From positions 8,223,888 to 8,287,887 of the forward strand of contig NC_092676.1 of assembly GCF_964355755.1 (NCBI RefSeq): a stretch of DNA of 64,000 bases, written 5' to 3'. Both the position numbers and the translations under genes were made by a program. The notes under the pieces are model-generated. The model searched no databases and had not been told where the DNA came from. It was given only the letters and a program-made list of their open reading frames with translations. Every line of letters starts with the position of its first letter. Position 1 is the first letter of the stretch. Below, piece by piece: positions 63,254 to 64,000 of this stretch. Origin of the DNA: Antedon mediterranea (Eukaryota > Animalia > Echinodermata).

Positions 63254-63325
63254 AGTGTTGTCAGTGCTGTCAAACTATCAAATACATTGGCTGGCAATGT
63301 ACTTATTTGGTTATAGTGCAAACGC
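63254..63325 (-). CDS. Intact 72-nt LRR cassette exon K (RLHYNQISTLPANVFDSLTALTTL)
   Basis: ttttcacttttaag acceptor, gtaagt donor, phase 2-2, open frame. Confidence 0.85.
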
Positions 63326-64000
63326 CTTAAAAGTGAAAACAATGTACAGTAAAAATTACAATATGCAAGCTTTATACAACTTTGTTTTACTTTTAGCCAA
63401 TGAGACATTATCTACATAGTAAATGCTGATGAGTATACTTTAATTAGTATAAATAAACTATGTTAAAATAAGTAAAGTATTATTCTCATTAACACAATTT
63501 GTATAACAAATTCTAAATATTTGTTATTTTAATATATCTCTTTAAATCTCTTTAAATGAAGACCAATTTTCAATTATTTATATCTTAAAAAATTGCATAA
63601 TTTATTGATAATTGTTAAATATTTTACTAAAGGTTAGAGTCCAAATACCTTCAATTCAACAATGTACATTAAAAATTACAGTATTCAAGCTGTTCAGAAT
63701 CTCAACTTTTATTTTTCATACACATTTTGAATTATTTGTATAGTCTTTCAGTCAATGATAGGGACATTATCTACATAGTAAATGCTATTGAGTATACTTT
63801 AATTAAGCAAAAATAAACTATGTTAAAATAATTAGAATGTGTTATTGAACATAATTTGTATAACAAATAATAATGATAATGAATATAACCTAATCATAAA
63901 CATTTATTTTTCATATACATTTTGATTTTTTTTATAGTCTTTCAGGGACATTATCTAAATAGTAAATGCTGATGAGCTTACATTAATTAGGCAAAAATAA

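Larger units (their letters stand above)
49860..64000 (-). repeat. Composite tandem array of LRR exon+intron monomers with a ~3-kb higher-order unit
   Basis: 19 copies of the intronic motif GACATTATCTACATAGTAAATGCTGATGAGTATACTTTAATT. 51763-52077 recurs at 54764-55078 (3,001-bp offset). Contains full and partial 72-nt LRR exons and runs off the right edge. Confidence 0.9.

Noticed and set aside
51763-63419. Repeated plus-strand ORFs (51763, 53578, 54764, 58846, 63237) ending ...LLSANETLST
   Set aside because: They are antisense shadows of the minus-strand LRR exons plus intron. The splice signals and a recognisable domain are on the minus strand.
50660-63990. Possible plus-strand micro-exons (tttcag|16-26 nt|gtaaat) in the repeated intronic motif
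   Set aside because: Lengths vary (16, 22, 26 nt), do not preserve frame and encode nothing ACCS-like.

Overview
AT-rich, intron-rich metazoan genomic DNA. An invertebrate deuterostome such as an echinoderm is my inference from gene and repeat content only. (1) Minus strand, 34946 to <59: at least 12 exons (>3,200 codons, all splice phases reconcile) of a giant type-I membrane protein of KIAA1549/UPF0606-like architecture. It has a signal peptide, a 5.36-kb tandem-repeat exon, two SEA-like modules each split by furin-type sites, one TM helix and a cytoplasmic tail that runs off the left edge. (2) Plus strand, head-to-head about 770 bp away: the first four coding exons of an ACC-synthase-like gene (ACCS). 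No fifth exon was found in the remaining 23 kb. (3) Antisense in that 23 kb: two decayed GRL101/LGR-type LRR-GPCR pseudogenes. (4) From ~49.9 kb to the right edge, what looks like an AT-rich satellite is a tandem array of 72-nt, phase 2-2 LRR exon cassettes on the minus strand. The framework is near-invariant (NQISTLPANVFD[S/R]LTAL) and variation is concentrated at the five concave-face x positions of LxxLxLxxN, the pattern seen in agnathan VLR cassettes. This array is the main candidate for an undescribed diversified-receptor system. Introns also hold a 1.2-kb miniature DIRS1 element with complete ITR+ICR, a Penelope-like fragment with a degenerate hammerhead ribozyme, a LINE inside a solo LTR, and many MITEs and SINEs. 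All calls were made by eye; no database search was run.
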